This document shows, in pieces, positions 1 to 11,700 of a stretch of 64,000 nt of DNA; positions within the stretch are counted from its first letter, which is position 1; each line of letters opens with the position of its first letter. Where the stretch lies: assembly GCF_009914755.1 (NCBI RefSeq), contig NC_060941.1. One strand, given 5' to 3'. The DNA comes from the human T2T-CHM13v2.0 reference genome, Homo sapiens. The notes below the pieces were generated by a model, which saw only the letters and a program-made list of their open reading frames with translations, made no database searches and had not been told where the DNA came from. Both the position numbers and the translations under genes were made by a program.

Positions 1-155
1 ACGGGATAATTTCAGCTGACTAAACAGAAGCAGTCTCAGAATCTTCTTTGTGATGTTTGCATTCAAATCCCCGAGTTGAACTTTCCTTTCAAAGTTCACG
101 TTTGAAACACTCTTTTTGCAGGATCTACAAGTGGATATTTGGACCACTCTGTGTC

Positions 156-172
156 CTTCGATCGAAACGGGT
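156..172 (+). promoter_or_regulatory. CENP-B box, intact core, variant CTTCGATCGAAACGGGT; recurs in every HOR
   Basis: Matches the NTTCGNNNNANNCGGGN core. Confidence 0.88.
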
Positions 173-326
173 ATATCTTCACATGACATCTAGACAGAAG
201 CATCCTCAGAAGCTTCTCTGTGATGACTGCATTCAACTCACGGAGTTGAACACTCCTTTTGAGAGCGCAGTTTTGAAACTCTCTTTCTGTGGCATCTGCA
301 AGGGGACATGTAGACCTCTTTGAAGA

Positions 327-343
327 TTTCGTTGGAAACGGAA
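327..343 (+). other. Degenerate CENP-B box TTTCGTTGGAAACGGAA; recurs in every HOR
   Basis: CGGG is changed to CGGA, which breaks a core position. Confidence 0.8.
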
Positions 344-839
344 TCATCTTCACATAAAAACTACACAGATGCATTCTCAGGAACTTTTTGGTGATGTTTG
401 TATTCAACTCCCAGAGTTGAACTTTCCTTTGGAAAGAGCAGCTATGAAACACTGTTTTTCTAGAATCTGCAAGTGGACGTTTGGAGGGCTTTGTGGTTTG
501 TGGTGGAAAAGGAAATATCTTCACCTAAATACTAGATAGAAGCATTCTCAGAAACTGCTTTGTGATGATTGCATTCACCTCACAGAGTTGAACATTCCTA
601 TTGATAGAGCAGTTTGGAAACACTCTTGTTGTGGAATGTGCAAGTGGAGATTTGGAGCGCTTTGAGGCCTATGGTAGTAAAGGGAATAGCTTCATAGAAA
701 AACTAGACAGAAGCATTCTCAGAAAATACTTTGTGATGATTGAGTTTAACTCACAGAGCTGAACATTCCTTTGGATGGAGCAGGTTTGAGACACACTTTT
801 TGTAGAATCTACAAGTGGATATTTGGACCTCTCTGAGGA

Positions 840-856
840 TTTCGTTGGAAACGGGA
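840..856 (+). promoter_or_regulatory. CENP-B box TTTCGTTGGAAACGGGA; recurs in every HOR
   Basis: Canonical 17-bp match. Confidence 0.95.
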
Positions 857-1005
857 TAACTGCACCTAACTAAACGGAAGCATTCTCAGAAACTTCTTGG
901 TGATGTTTGCATTCAAATCCCAGAGTTGAACCTTCCTTTGATAGTTCAGGTTTGAAACACTCTTTTTGTAGGATCTGCAAGTGGATATTTGGACCACTCT
1001 GTGGC

Positions 1006-1022
1006 CTTCGTTCGAAACGGGT
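1006..1022 (+). promoter_or_regulatory. CENP-B box CTTCGTTCGAAACGGGT; recurs in every HOR
   Basis: All 9 core positions are intact. Confidence 0.9.
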
Positions 1023-1176
1023 ATATCTTCGCATAAAATCTAGACAGAAGCCTTCTCAGAAACTTCTCTGTGATGATTGCATTCAACTCACAGAGTTGAA
1101 CCCTCCTATGGATAGAGCAGTGTTGAAACTCTCTTTTTGTGGAATCTGCAAGTGGATACGTGGACCTCTCCGAAGA

Positions 1177-1193
1177 TGTCTTTGGAAACGGGA
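1177..1193 (+). other. Degenerate CENP-B box TGTCTTTGGAAACGGGA; recurs in every HOR
   Basis: TTCG is changed to GTCT, so two core positions are lost. Confidence 0.8.
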
Positions 1194-1519
1194 ATATCTT
1201 CACATAAAAACTAAACAGAAGCATTCTCAGAAACTTCTCTGTGATGTTTGTGTTCAACTCCCAGAGTTTCACATTGCTTTTCATAGAGTAGTTCTGAAAC
1301 ATGCTTTTCGTAGTGTCTACAAGTGGACATTTGGAGCGCTTTCAGGCCTGTGGTGGAAAACGAATTATGGTCACATAAAAACTGGAGAGAAGCATTGTCA
1401 GAAACTTCTTTGTGATGATTGCATTCAACTCACAGAGTTGAAGGTTCCTTTTCAAAGAGCAGTTTCCAATCACTCTTTCTGTGGAATCTGCAAGTGGATA
1501 TTTGGACCTATTTTGAAGA

Positions 1520-1536
1520 TTTCGTTGGAAACGGGA
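1520..1536 (+). promoter_or_regulatory. CENP-B box TTTCGTTGGAAACGGGA; recurs in every HOR
   Basis: Canonical 17-bp match. Confidence 0.95.
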
Positions 1537-2032
1537 GAATCTTCACAGGAAAGCTAAACAGAAGCATTCTCAGAAACTTCTTTGTGATGCTTGCATTCAA
1601 CTCACAGAGTTGAACTTTCCTTTCGAGAGAGAAGCTTTGAAACACTCTTTTTCCAGAATCTGCAAGTGGACATTTGGAGGGCTTTGAGGCCTGTGGTGGA
1701 AAAGGAATTATCTTCCCGTAAAAGCTAGATAGAAGCATTCTCAGAAACTACTTTGTGATGATTGCATTCAAGTCACAGAGTTGAACATTCCCTTTGACAG
1801 AGCAGTTTGGAAACTCTCTTTGTGTAGAATCTGCAAGTGGAGATATGGACCGCTTTGAGGCCTATGGTAGTAAAGGAAATAGCTTCATATAAAAGCTAGA
1901 CAGTAGCATTCACAGAAAACTCTTGGTGACGACTGAGTTTAACTCACAGAGCTGAACATTCCTTTGGATGGAGCAGTTTCGAAACACACTATTTGTAGAA
2001 TGTGCAAGTGGATATTTAGGCCTCTCTGAGGA

Positions 2033-2049
2033 TTTCGTTGGAAACGGGA
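2033..2049 (+). promoter_or_regulatory. CENP-B box TTTCGTTGGAAACGGGA; recurs in every HOR
   Basis: Canonical 17-bp match. Confidence 0.95.
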
Positions 2050-2199
2050 TAAACCGCACAGAACTAAACAGAAGCATTCTCAGAACCTTCTTCGTGATGT
2101 TTGCATTCAACTCACAGTGTTGAACCTTTCTTTGATAGTTCAGGTTTGAAACGGTCTTTCTGTAGAAACTGCAAGTAGATATTTGGACCTCTCTGAGGA

Positions 2200-2216
2200 T
2201 TTCGTTGGAAACGGGA
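2200..2216 (+). promoter_or_regulatory. CENP-B box TTTCGTTGGAAACGGGA; recurs in every HOR
   Basis: Canonical 17-bp match. Confidence 0.95.
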
Positions 2217-2367
2217 TAACCCGCACAGAACTAAAACAGAAGCATTCTCAGAACCCTCTTCGTGATGTTTGCATTCAACTCACAGTGCTGAACCTTTCTT
2301 TGATAGTTCAGCTTTGAAACACTCTTTTTGTAGAAACTGCAAGTGGATATTTGGTCCTCTCTGAGGA

Positions 2368-2384
2368 ATTCGTTGGAAACGGGA
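2368..2384 (+). promoter_or_regulatory. CENP-B box (A/T)TTCGTTGGAAACGGGA, overlapping the polymorphic EcoRI site at 2366-2371
   Basis: The core is intact. The first (N) position varies between HOR copies. Confidence 0.92.
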
Positions 2385-2704
2385 TAAACTGCACAGAACT
2401 AAACAGAAGCATTCTCAGAACCTTCTTCGTGATGTCTGCATTCAACTCACAGTGTGGAACCTTTCTTTGATAGTTCAGGTTTGAAACACTCTTTTTGTAG
2501 AAACTGCAAGGGGATAATTGCACTCTTTGAGGAGTACCGTAGTAAAGGAAATAACTTCCTATAAAAAGAAGACAGAAGCTTTCTCAGAAAATTCTTTGGG
2601 ATGATTGAGTTGAACTCACAGAGCTGAGCATTCCTTGCGATGTAGCAGTTTAGAAACACACTTTCTGCAGAATCTGCAAGTGCATATTTGGACCTCTGTG
2701 AGGA

Positions 2705-2721
2705 ATTCGTTGGAAACGGGA
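2705..2721 (+). promoter_or_regulatory. CENP-B box ATTCGTTGGAAACGGGA, overlapping the constant HOR-defining EcoRI site at 2703-2708
   Basis: The core is intact, and gaattc is present at this offset in all 23 copies read. Confidence 0.92.
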
Positions 2722-5700
2722 TAATTTCAGCTGACTAAACAGAAGCAGTCTCAGAATCTTCTTTGTGATGTTTGCATTCAAATCCCCGAGTTGAACTTTC
2801 CTTTCAAAGTTCACGTTTGAAACACTCTTTTTGCAGGATCTACAAGTGGATATTTGGACCACTCTGTGTCCTTCGATCGAAACGGGTATATCTTCACATG
2901 ACATCTAGACAGAAGCATCCTCAGAAGCTTCTCTGTGATGACTGCATTCAACTCACGGAGTTGAACACTCCTTTTGAGAGCGCAGTTTTGAAACTCTCTT
3001 TCTGTGGCATCTGCAAGGGGACATGTAGACCTCTTTGAAGATTTCGTTGGAAACGGAATCATCTTCACATAAAAACTATACAGATGCATTCTCAGGAACT
3101 TTTTGGTGATGTTTGTATTCAACTCCCAGAGTTGAACTTTCCTTTGGAAAGAGCAGCTATGAAACACTGTTTTTCTAGAATCTGCAAGTGGACGTTTGGA
3201 GGGCTTTGTGGTTTGTGGTGGAAAAGGAAATATCTTCACCTAAATACTAGATAGAAGCATTCTCAGAAACTGCTTTGTGATGATTGCATTCACCTCACAG
3301 AGTTGAACATTCCTATTGATAGAGCAGTTTGGAAACACTCTTGTTGTGGAATGTGCAAGTGGAGATTTGGAGCGCTTTGAGGCCTATGGTAGTAAAGGGA
3401 ATAGCTTCATAGAAAAACTAGACAGAAGCATTCTCAGAAAATACTTTGTGATGATTGAGTTTAACTCACAGAGCTGAACATTCCTTTGGATGGAGCAGGT
3501 TTGAGACACACTTTTTGTAGAATCTACAAGTGGATATTTGGACCTCTCTGAGGATTTCGTTGGAAACGGGATAACTGCACCTAACTAAACGGAAGCATTC
3601 TCAGAAACTTCTTGGTGATGTTTGCATTCAAATCCCAGAGTTGAACCTTCCTTTGATAGTTCAGGTTTGAAACACTCTTTTTGTAGGATCTGCAAGTGGA
3701 TATTTGGACCACTCTGTGGCCTTCGTTCGAAACGGGTATATCTTCGCATAAAATCTAGACAGAAGCCTTCTCAGAAACTTCTCTGTGATGATTGCATTCA
3801 ACTCACAGAGTTGAACCCTCCTATGGATAGAGCAGTGTTGAAACTCTCTTTTTGTGGAATCTGCAAGTGGATACGTGGACCTCTCCGAAGATGTCTTTGG
3901 AAACGGGAATATCTTCACATAAAAACTAAACAGAAGCATTCTCAGAAACTTCTCTGTGATGTTTGTGTTCAACTCCCAGAGTTTCACATTGCTTTTCATA
4001 GAGTAGTTCTGAAACATGCTTTTCGTAGTGTCTACAAGTGGACATTTGGAGCGCTTTCAGGCCTGTGGTGGAAAACGAATTATGGTCACATAAAAACTGG
4101 AGAGAAGCATTGTCAGAAACTTCTTTGTGATGATTGCATTCAACTCACAGAGTTGAAGGTTCCTTTTCAAAGAGCAGTTTCCAATCACTCTTTCTGTGGA
4201 ATCTGCAAGTGGATATTTGGACCTATTTTGAAGATTTCGTTGGAAACGGGAGAATCTTCACAGGAAAGCTAAACAGAAGCATTCTCAGAAACTTCTTTGT
4301 GATGCTTGCATTCAACTCACAGAGTTGAACTTTCCTTTCGAGAGAGAAGCTTTGAAACACTCTTTTTCCAGAATCTGCAAGTGGACATTTGGAGGGCTTT
4401 GAGGCCTGTGGTGGAAAAGGAATTATCTTCCCGTAAAAGCTAGATAGAAGCATTCTCAGAAACTACTTTGTGATGATTGCATTCAAGTCACAGAGTTGAA
4501 CATTCCCTTTGACAGAGCAGTTTGGAAACTCTCTTTGTGTAGAATCTGCAAGTGGAGATATGGACCGCTTTGAGGCCTATGGTAGTAAAGGAAATAGCTT
4601 CATATAAAAGCTAGACAGTAGCATTCACAGAAAACTCTTGGTGACGACTGAGTTTAACTCACAGAGCTGAACATTCCTTTGGATGGAGCAGTTTCGAAAC
4701 ACACTATTTGTAGAATGTGCAAGTGGATATTTAGGCCTCTCTGAGGATTTCGTTGGAAACGGGATAAACCGCACAGAACTAAACAGAAGCATTCTCAGAA
4801 CCTTCTTCGTGATGTTTGCATTCAACTCACAGTGTTGAACCTTTCTTTGATAGTTCAGGTTTGAAACGGTCTTTCTGCAGAAACTGCAAGTAGATATTTG
4901 GACCTCTCTGAGGATTTCGTTGGAAACGGGATACCCCGCACAGAACTAAAACAGAAGCATTCTCAGAACCCTCTTCGTGATGTTTGCATTCAACTCACAG
5001 TGCTGAACCTTTCTTTGATAGTTCAGCTTTGAAACACTCTTTTTGTAGAAACTGCAAGTGGATATTTGGTCCTCTCTGAGGATTTCGTTGGAAACGGGAT
5101 AAACTGCACAGAACTAAACAGAAGCATTCTCAGAACCTTCTTCGTGATGTCTGCATTCAACTCACAGTGTGGAACCTTTCTTTGATAGTTCAGGTTTGAA
5201 ACACTCTTTTTGTAGAAACTGCAAGGGGATAATTGCACTCTTTGAGGAGTACCGTAGTAAAGGAAATAACTTCCTATAAAAAGAAGACAGAAGCTTTCTC
5301 AGAAAATTCTTTGGGATGATTGAGTTGAACTCACAGAGCTGAGCATTCCTTGCGATGTAGCAGTTTAGAAACACACTTTCTGCAGAATCTGCAAGTGCAT
5401 ATTTGGACCTCTGTGAGGAATTCGTTGGAAACGGGATAATTTCAGCTGACTAAACAGAAGCAGTCTCAGAATCTTCTTTGTGATGTTTGCATTCAAATCC
5501 CCGAGTTGAACTTTCCTTTCAAAGTTCACGTTTGAAACACTCTTTTTGCAGGATCTACAAGTGGATATTTGGACCACTCTGTGTCCTTCGATCGAAACGG
5601 GTATATCTTCACATGACATCTAGACAGAAGCATCCTCAGAAGCTTCTCTGTGATGACTGCATTCAACTCACGGAGTTGAACACTCCTTTTGAGAGCGCAG

Positions 5701-8700
5701 TTTTGAAACTCTCTTTCTGTGGCATCTGCAAGGGGACATGTAGACCTCTTTGAAGATTTCGTTGGAAACGGAATCATCTTCACATAAAAACTATACAGAT
5801 GCATTCTCAGGAACTTTTTGGTGATGTTTGTATTCAACTCCCAGAGTTGAACTTTCCTTTGGAAAGAGCAGCTATGAAACACTCTTTTTCTAGAATCTGC
5901 AAGTGGACGTTTGGAGGGCTTTGTGGTTTGTGGTGGAAAAGGAAATATCTTCACCTAAATACTAGATAGAAGCATTCTCAGAAACTGCTTTGTGATGATT
6001 GCATTCACCTCACAGAGTTGAACATTCCTATTGATAGAGCAGTTTGGAAACACTCTTGTTGTGGAATGTGCAAGTGGAGATTTGGAGCGCTTTGAGGCCT
6101 ATGGTAGTAAAGGGAATAGCTTCATAGAAAAACTAGACAGAAGCATTCTCAGAAAATACTTTGTGATGATTGAGTTTAACTCACAGAGCTGAACATTCCT
6201 TTGGATGGAGCAGGTTTGAGACACACTTTTTGTAGAATCTACAAGTGGATATTTGGACCTCTCTGAGGATTTCGTTGGAAACGGGATAACTGCACCTAAC
6301 TAAACGGAAGCATTCTCAGAAACTTCTTGGTGATGTTTGCATTCAAATCCCAGAGTTGAACCTTCCTTTGATAGTTCAGGTTTGAAACACTCTTTTTGTA
6401 GGATCTGCAAGTGGATATTTGGACCACTCTGTGGCCTTCGTTCGAAACGGGTATATCTTCGCATAAAATCTAGACAGAAGCCTTCTCAGAAACTTCTCTG
6501 TGATGATTGCATTCAACTCACAGAGTTGAACCCTCCTATGGATAGAGCAGTGTTGAAACTCTCTTTTTGTGGAATCTGCAAGTGGATACGTGGACCTCTC
6601 CGAAGATGTCTTTGGAAACGGGAATATCTTCACATAAAAACTAAACAGAAGCATTCTCAGAAACTTCTCTGTGATGTTTGTGTTCAACTCCCAGAGTTTC
6701 ACATTGCTTTTCATAGAGTAGTTCTGAAACATGCTTTTCGTAGTGTCTACAAGTGGACATTTGGAGCGCTTTCAGGCCTGTGGTGGAAAACGAATTATGG
6801 TCACATAAAAACTGGAGAGAAGCATTGTCAGAAACTTCTTTGTGATGATTGCATTCAACTCACAGAGTTGAAGGTTCCTTTTCAAAGAGCAGTTTCCAAT
6901 CACTCTTTGTGTGGAATCTGCAAGTGGATATTTGGACCTATTTTGAAGATTTCGTTGGAAACGGGAGAATCTTCACAGGAAAGCTAAACAGAAGCATTCT
7001 CAGAAACTTCTTTGTGATGCTTGCATTCAACTCACAGAGTTGAACTTTCCTTTCGAGAGAGAAGCTTTGAAACACTCTTTTTCCAGAATCTGCAAGTGGA
7101 CATTTGGAGGGCTTTGAGGCCTGTGGTGGAAAAGGAATTATCTTCCCGTAAAAGCTAGATAGAAGCATTCTCAGAAACTACTTTGTGATGATTGCATTCA
7201 AGTCACAGAGTTGAACATTCCCTTTGACAGAGCAGTTTGGAAACTCTCTTTGTGTAGAATCTGCAAGTGGAGATATGGACCGCTTTGAGGCCTATGGTAG
7301 TAAAGGAAATAGCTTCATATAAAAGCTAGACAGTAGCATTCACAGAAAACTCTTGGTGACGACTGAGTTTAACTCACAGAGCTGAACATTCCTTTGGATG
7401 GAGCAGTTTCGAAACACACTATTTGTAGAATGTGCAAGTGGATATTTAGGCCTCTCTGAGGATTTCGTTGGAAACGGGATAAACCGCACAGAACTAAACA
7501 GAAGCATTCTCAGAACCTTCTTCGTGATGTTTGCATTCAACTCACAGTGTTGAACCTTTCTTTGATAGTTCAGGTTTGAAACGGTCTTTCTGTAGAAACT
7601 GCAAGTAGATATTTGGACCTCTCTGAGGATTTCGTTGGAAACGGGATAACCCGCACAGAACTAAAACAGAAGCATTCTCAGAACCCTCTTCGTGATGTTT
7701 GCATTCAACTCACAGTGCTGAACCTTTCTTTGATAGTTCAGCTTTGAAACACTCTTTTTGTAGAAACTGCAAGTGGATATTTGGTCCTCTCTGAGGAATT
7801 CGTTGGAAACGGGATAAACTGCACAGAACTAAACAGAAGCATTCTCAGAACCTTCTTCGTGATGTCTGCATTCAACTCACAGTGTGGAACCTTTCTTTGA
7901 TAGTTCAGGTTTGAAACACTCTTTTTGTAGAAACTGCAAGGGGATAATTGCACTCTTTGAGGAGTACCGTAGTAAAGGAAATAACTTCCTATAAAAAGAA
8001 GACAGAAGCTTTCTCAGAAAATTCTTTGGGATGATTGAGTTGAACTCACAGAGCTGAGCATTCCTTGCGATGTAGCAGTTTAGAAACACACTTTCTGCAG
8101 AATCTGCAAGTGCATATTTGGACCTCTGTGAGGAATTCGTTGGAAACGGGATAATTTCAGCTGACTAAACAGAAGCAGTCTCAGAATCTTCTTTGTGATG
8201 TTTGCATTCAAATCCCCGAGTTGAACTTTCCTTTCAAAGTTCACGTTTGAAACACTCTTTTTGCAGGATCTACAAGTGGATATTTGGACCACTCTGTGTC
8301 CTTCGATCGAAACGGGTATATCTTCACATGACATCTAGACAGAAGCATCCTCAGAAGCTTCTCTGTGATGACTGCATTCAACTCACGGAGTTGAACACTC
8401 CTTTTGAGAGCGCAGTTTTGAAACTCTCTTTCTGTGGCATCTGCAAGGGGACATGTAGACCTCTTTGAAGATTTCGTTGGAAACGGAATCATCTTCACAT
8501 AAAAACTACACAGATGCATTCTCAGGAACTTTTTGGTGATGTTTGTATTCAACTCCCAGAGTTGAACTTTCCTTTGGAAAGAGCAGCTATGAAACACTGT
8601 TTTTCTAGAATCTGCAAGTGGACGTTTGGAGGGCTTTGTGGTTTGTGGTGGAAAAGGAAATATCTTCACCTAAATACTAGATAGAAGCATTCTCAGAAAC

Positions 8701-11700
8701 TGCTTTGTGATGATTGCATTCACCTCACAGAGTTGAACATTCCTATTGATAGAGCAGTTTGGAAACACTCTTGTTGTGGAATGTGCAAGTGGAGATTTGG
8801 AGCGCTTTGAGGCCTATGGTAGTAAAGGGAATAGCTTCATAGAAAAACTAGACAGAAGCATTCTCAGAAAATACTTTGTGATGATTGAGTTTAACTCACA
8901 GAGCTGAACATTCCTTTGGATGGAGCAGGTTTGAGACACACTTTTTGTAGAATCTACAAGTGGATATTTGGACCTCTCTGAGGATTTCGTTGGAAACGGG
9001 ATAACTGCACCTAACTAAACGGAAGCATTCTCAGAAACTTCTTGGTGATGTTTGCATTCAAATCCCAGAGTTGAACCTTCCTTTGATAGTTCAGGTTTGA
9101 AACACTCTTTTTGTAGGATCTGCAAGTGGATATTTGGACCACTCTGTGGCCTTCGTTCGAAACGGGTATATCTTCGCATAAAATCTAGACAGAAGCCTTC
9201 TCAGAAACTTCTCTGTGATGATTGCATTCAACTCACAGAGTTGAACCCTCCTATGGATAGAGCAGTGTTGAAACTCTCTTTTTGTGGAATCTGCAAGTGG
9301 ATACGTGGACCTCTCCGAAGATGTCTTTGGAAACGGGAATATCTTCACATAAAAACTAAACAGAAGCATTCTCAGAAACTTCTCTGTGATGTTTGTGTTC
9401 AACTCCCAGAGTTTCACATTGCTTTTCATAGAGTAGTTCTGAAACATGCTTTTCGTAGTGTCTACAAGTGGACATTTGGAGCGCTTTCAGGCCTGTGGTG
9501 GAAAACGAATTATGGTCACATAAAAACTGGAGAGAAGCATTGTCAGAAACTTCTTTGTGATGATTGCATTCAACTCACAGAGTTGAAGGTTCCTTTTCAA
9601 AGAGCAGTTTCCAATCACTCTTTCTGTGGAATCTGCAAGTGGATATTTGGACCTATTTTGAAGATTTCGTTGGAAACGGGAGAATCTTCACAGGAAAGCT
9701 AAACAGAAGCATTCTCAGAAACTTCTTTGTGATGCTTGCATTCAACTCACAGAGTTGAACTTTCCTTTCGAGAGAGAAGCTTTGAAACACTCTTTTTCCA
9801 GAATCTGCAAGTGGACATTTGGAGGGCTTTGAGGCCTGTGGTGGAAAAGGAATTATCTTCCCGTAAAAGCTAGATAGAAGCATTCTCAGAAACTACTTTG
9901 TGATGATTGCATTCAAGTCACAGAGTTGAACATTCCCTTTGACAGAGCAGTTTGGAAACTCTCTTTGTGTAGAATCTGCAAGTGGAGATATGGACCGCTT
10001 TGAGGCCTATGGTAGTAAAGGAAATAGCTTCATATAAAAGCTAGACAGTAGCATTCACAGAAAACTCTTGGTGACGACTGAGTTTAACTCACAGAGCTGA
10101 ACATTCCTTTGGATGGAGCAGTTTCGAAACACACTATTTGTAGAATGTGCAAGTGGATATTTAGGCCTCTCTGAGGATTTCGTTGGAAACGGGATAAACC
10201 GCACAGAACTAAACAGAAGCATTCTCAGAACCTTCTTCGTGATGTTTGCATTCAACTCACAGTGTTGAACCTTTCTTTGATAGTTCAGGTTTGAAACGGT
10301 CTTTCTGTAGAAACTGCAAGTAGATATTTGGACCTCTCTGAGGATTTCGTTGGAAACGGGATAACCCGCACAGAACTAAAACAGAAGCATTCTCAGAACC
10401 CTCTTCGTGATGTTTGCATTCAACTCACAGTGCTGAACCTTTCTTTGATAGTTCAGCTTTGAAACACTCTTTTTGTAGAAACTGCAAGTGGATATTTGGT
10501 CCTCTCTGAGGAATTCGTTGGAAACGGGATAAACTGCACAGAACTAAACAGAAGCATTCTCAGAACCTTCTTCGTGATGTCTGCATTCAACTCACAGTGT
10601 GGAACCTTTCTTTGATAGTTCAGGTTTGAAACACTCTTTTTGTAGAAACTGCAAGGGGATAATTGCACTCTTTGAGGAGTACCGTAGTAAAGGAAATAAC
10701 TTCCTATAAAAAGAAGACAGAAGCTTTCTCAGAAAATTCTTTGGGATGATTGAGTTGAACTCACAGAGCTGAGCATTCCTTGCGATGTAGCAGTTTAGAA
10801 ACACACTTTCTGCAGAATCTGCAAGTGCATATTTGGACCTCTGTGAGGAATTCGTTGGAAACGGGATAATTTCAGCTGACTAAACAGAAGCAGTCTCAGA
10901 ATCTTCTTTGTGATGTTTGCATTCAAATCCCCGAGTTGAACTTTCCTTTCAAAGTTCACGTTTGAAACACTCTTTTTGCAGGATCTACAAGTGGATATTT
11001 GGACCACTCTGTGTCCTTCGATCGAAACGGGTATATCTTCACATGACATCTAGACAGAAGCATCCTCAGAAGCTTCTCTGTGATGACTGCATTCAACTCA
11101 CGGAGTTGAACACTCCTTTTGAGAGCGCAGTTTTGAAACTCTCTTTCTGTGGCATCTGCAAGGGGACATGTAGACCTCTTTGAAGATTTCGTTGGAAACG
11201 GAATCATCTTCACATAAAAACTACACAGATGCATTCTCAGGAACTTTTTGGTGATGTTTGTATTCAACTCCCAGAGTTGAACTTTCCTTTGGAAAGAGCA
11301 GCTATGAAACACTGTTTTTCTAGAATCTGCAAGTGGACGTTTGGAGGGCTTTGTGGTTTGTGGTGGAAAAGGAAATATCTTCACCTAAATACTAGATAGA
11401 AGCATTCTCAGAAACTGCTTTGTGATGATTGCATTCACCTCACAGAGTTGAACATTCCTATTGATAGAGCAGTTTGGAAACACTCTTGTTGTGGAATGTG
11501 CAAGTGGAGATTTGGAGCGCTTTGAGGCCTATGGTAGTAAAGGGAATAGCTTCATAGAAAAACTAGACAGAAGCATTCTCAGAAAATACTTTGTGATGAT
11601 TGAGTTTAACTCACAGAGCTGACCATTCCTTTGGATGGAGCAGGTTTGAGACACACTTTTTGTAGAATCTACAAGTGGATATTTGGACCTCTCTGAGGAT

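Larger units (their letters stand above)
2010..2510 (+). repeat. Internal ~167-bp triplication within the HOR (out of phase with monomer boundaries); recurs in every HOR
   Basis: Three near-identical copies of ...ctctctgagga(t/a)ttcgttggaaacgggataa..gcacagaactaaa(a)cagaagcattctcagaacc.tcttcgtgatgt.tgcattcaactcacagtg..gaacctttctttgatagttcag.tttgaaac... Boundaries are approximate. Confidence 0.85.
31..2745 (+). repeat. One complete 16-monomer HOR. Monomer starts: 31, 201, 372, 543, 714, 881, 1051, 1222, 1393, 1565, 1736, 1907, 2075, 2243, 2410, 2579
   Basis: Starts were located at the c(a/c/t)ttctcaga-like motif. Lengths are 170,171,171,171,167,170,171,171,172,171,171,168,168,167,169,167 (sum 2,715). 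Similarity groups are 31~881, 201~1051~1393, 372~1222~1565, 543~1736 and 714~1907~2579. Read from 714, the order is W1 W2 W3 W4 W3 W4 W5 W1 W1* W1* W5* W1 W2 W3 W4 W5 (* = chimeric; W labels inferred from the B-B-B-A-A pentamer pattern). Confidence 0.92.

Noticed and set aside
907-1557. 216-aa ORF with Cys/His-rich, CxxC-like repeats (FCRICKW, LCDDC, FCGICKW) recurring in each HOR, superficially zinc-finger-like
   Set aside because: It is a translation of 171-bp (57-codon) monomers that happen to stay in frame. It starts at TTG, has no C2H2 spacing or linker, and has no gene context. Its conservation only reflects HOR identity.
2559-2568. TATAAAA TATA-like motif (cctataaaaa) in each HOR
   Set aside because: It is a chance variant of the conserved cataaaaact monomer segment in AT-rich DNA. 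Nothing in the sequence supports promoter function.
840-2721. Recurrent motif tttcgttggaaacggga separated by ~150-bp segments, resembling a CRISPR-like repeat-spacer layout
   Set aside because: The intervening segments are homologous alpha monomers, not unique spacers. The motif is the CENP-B box and no cas genes are present.
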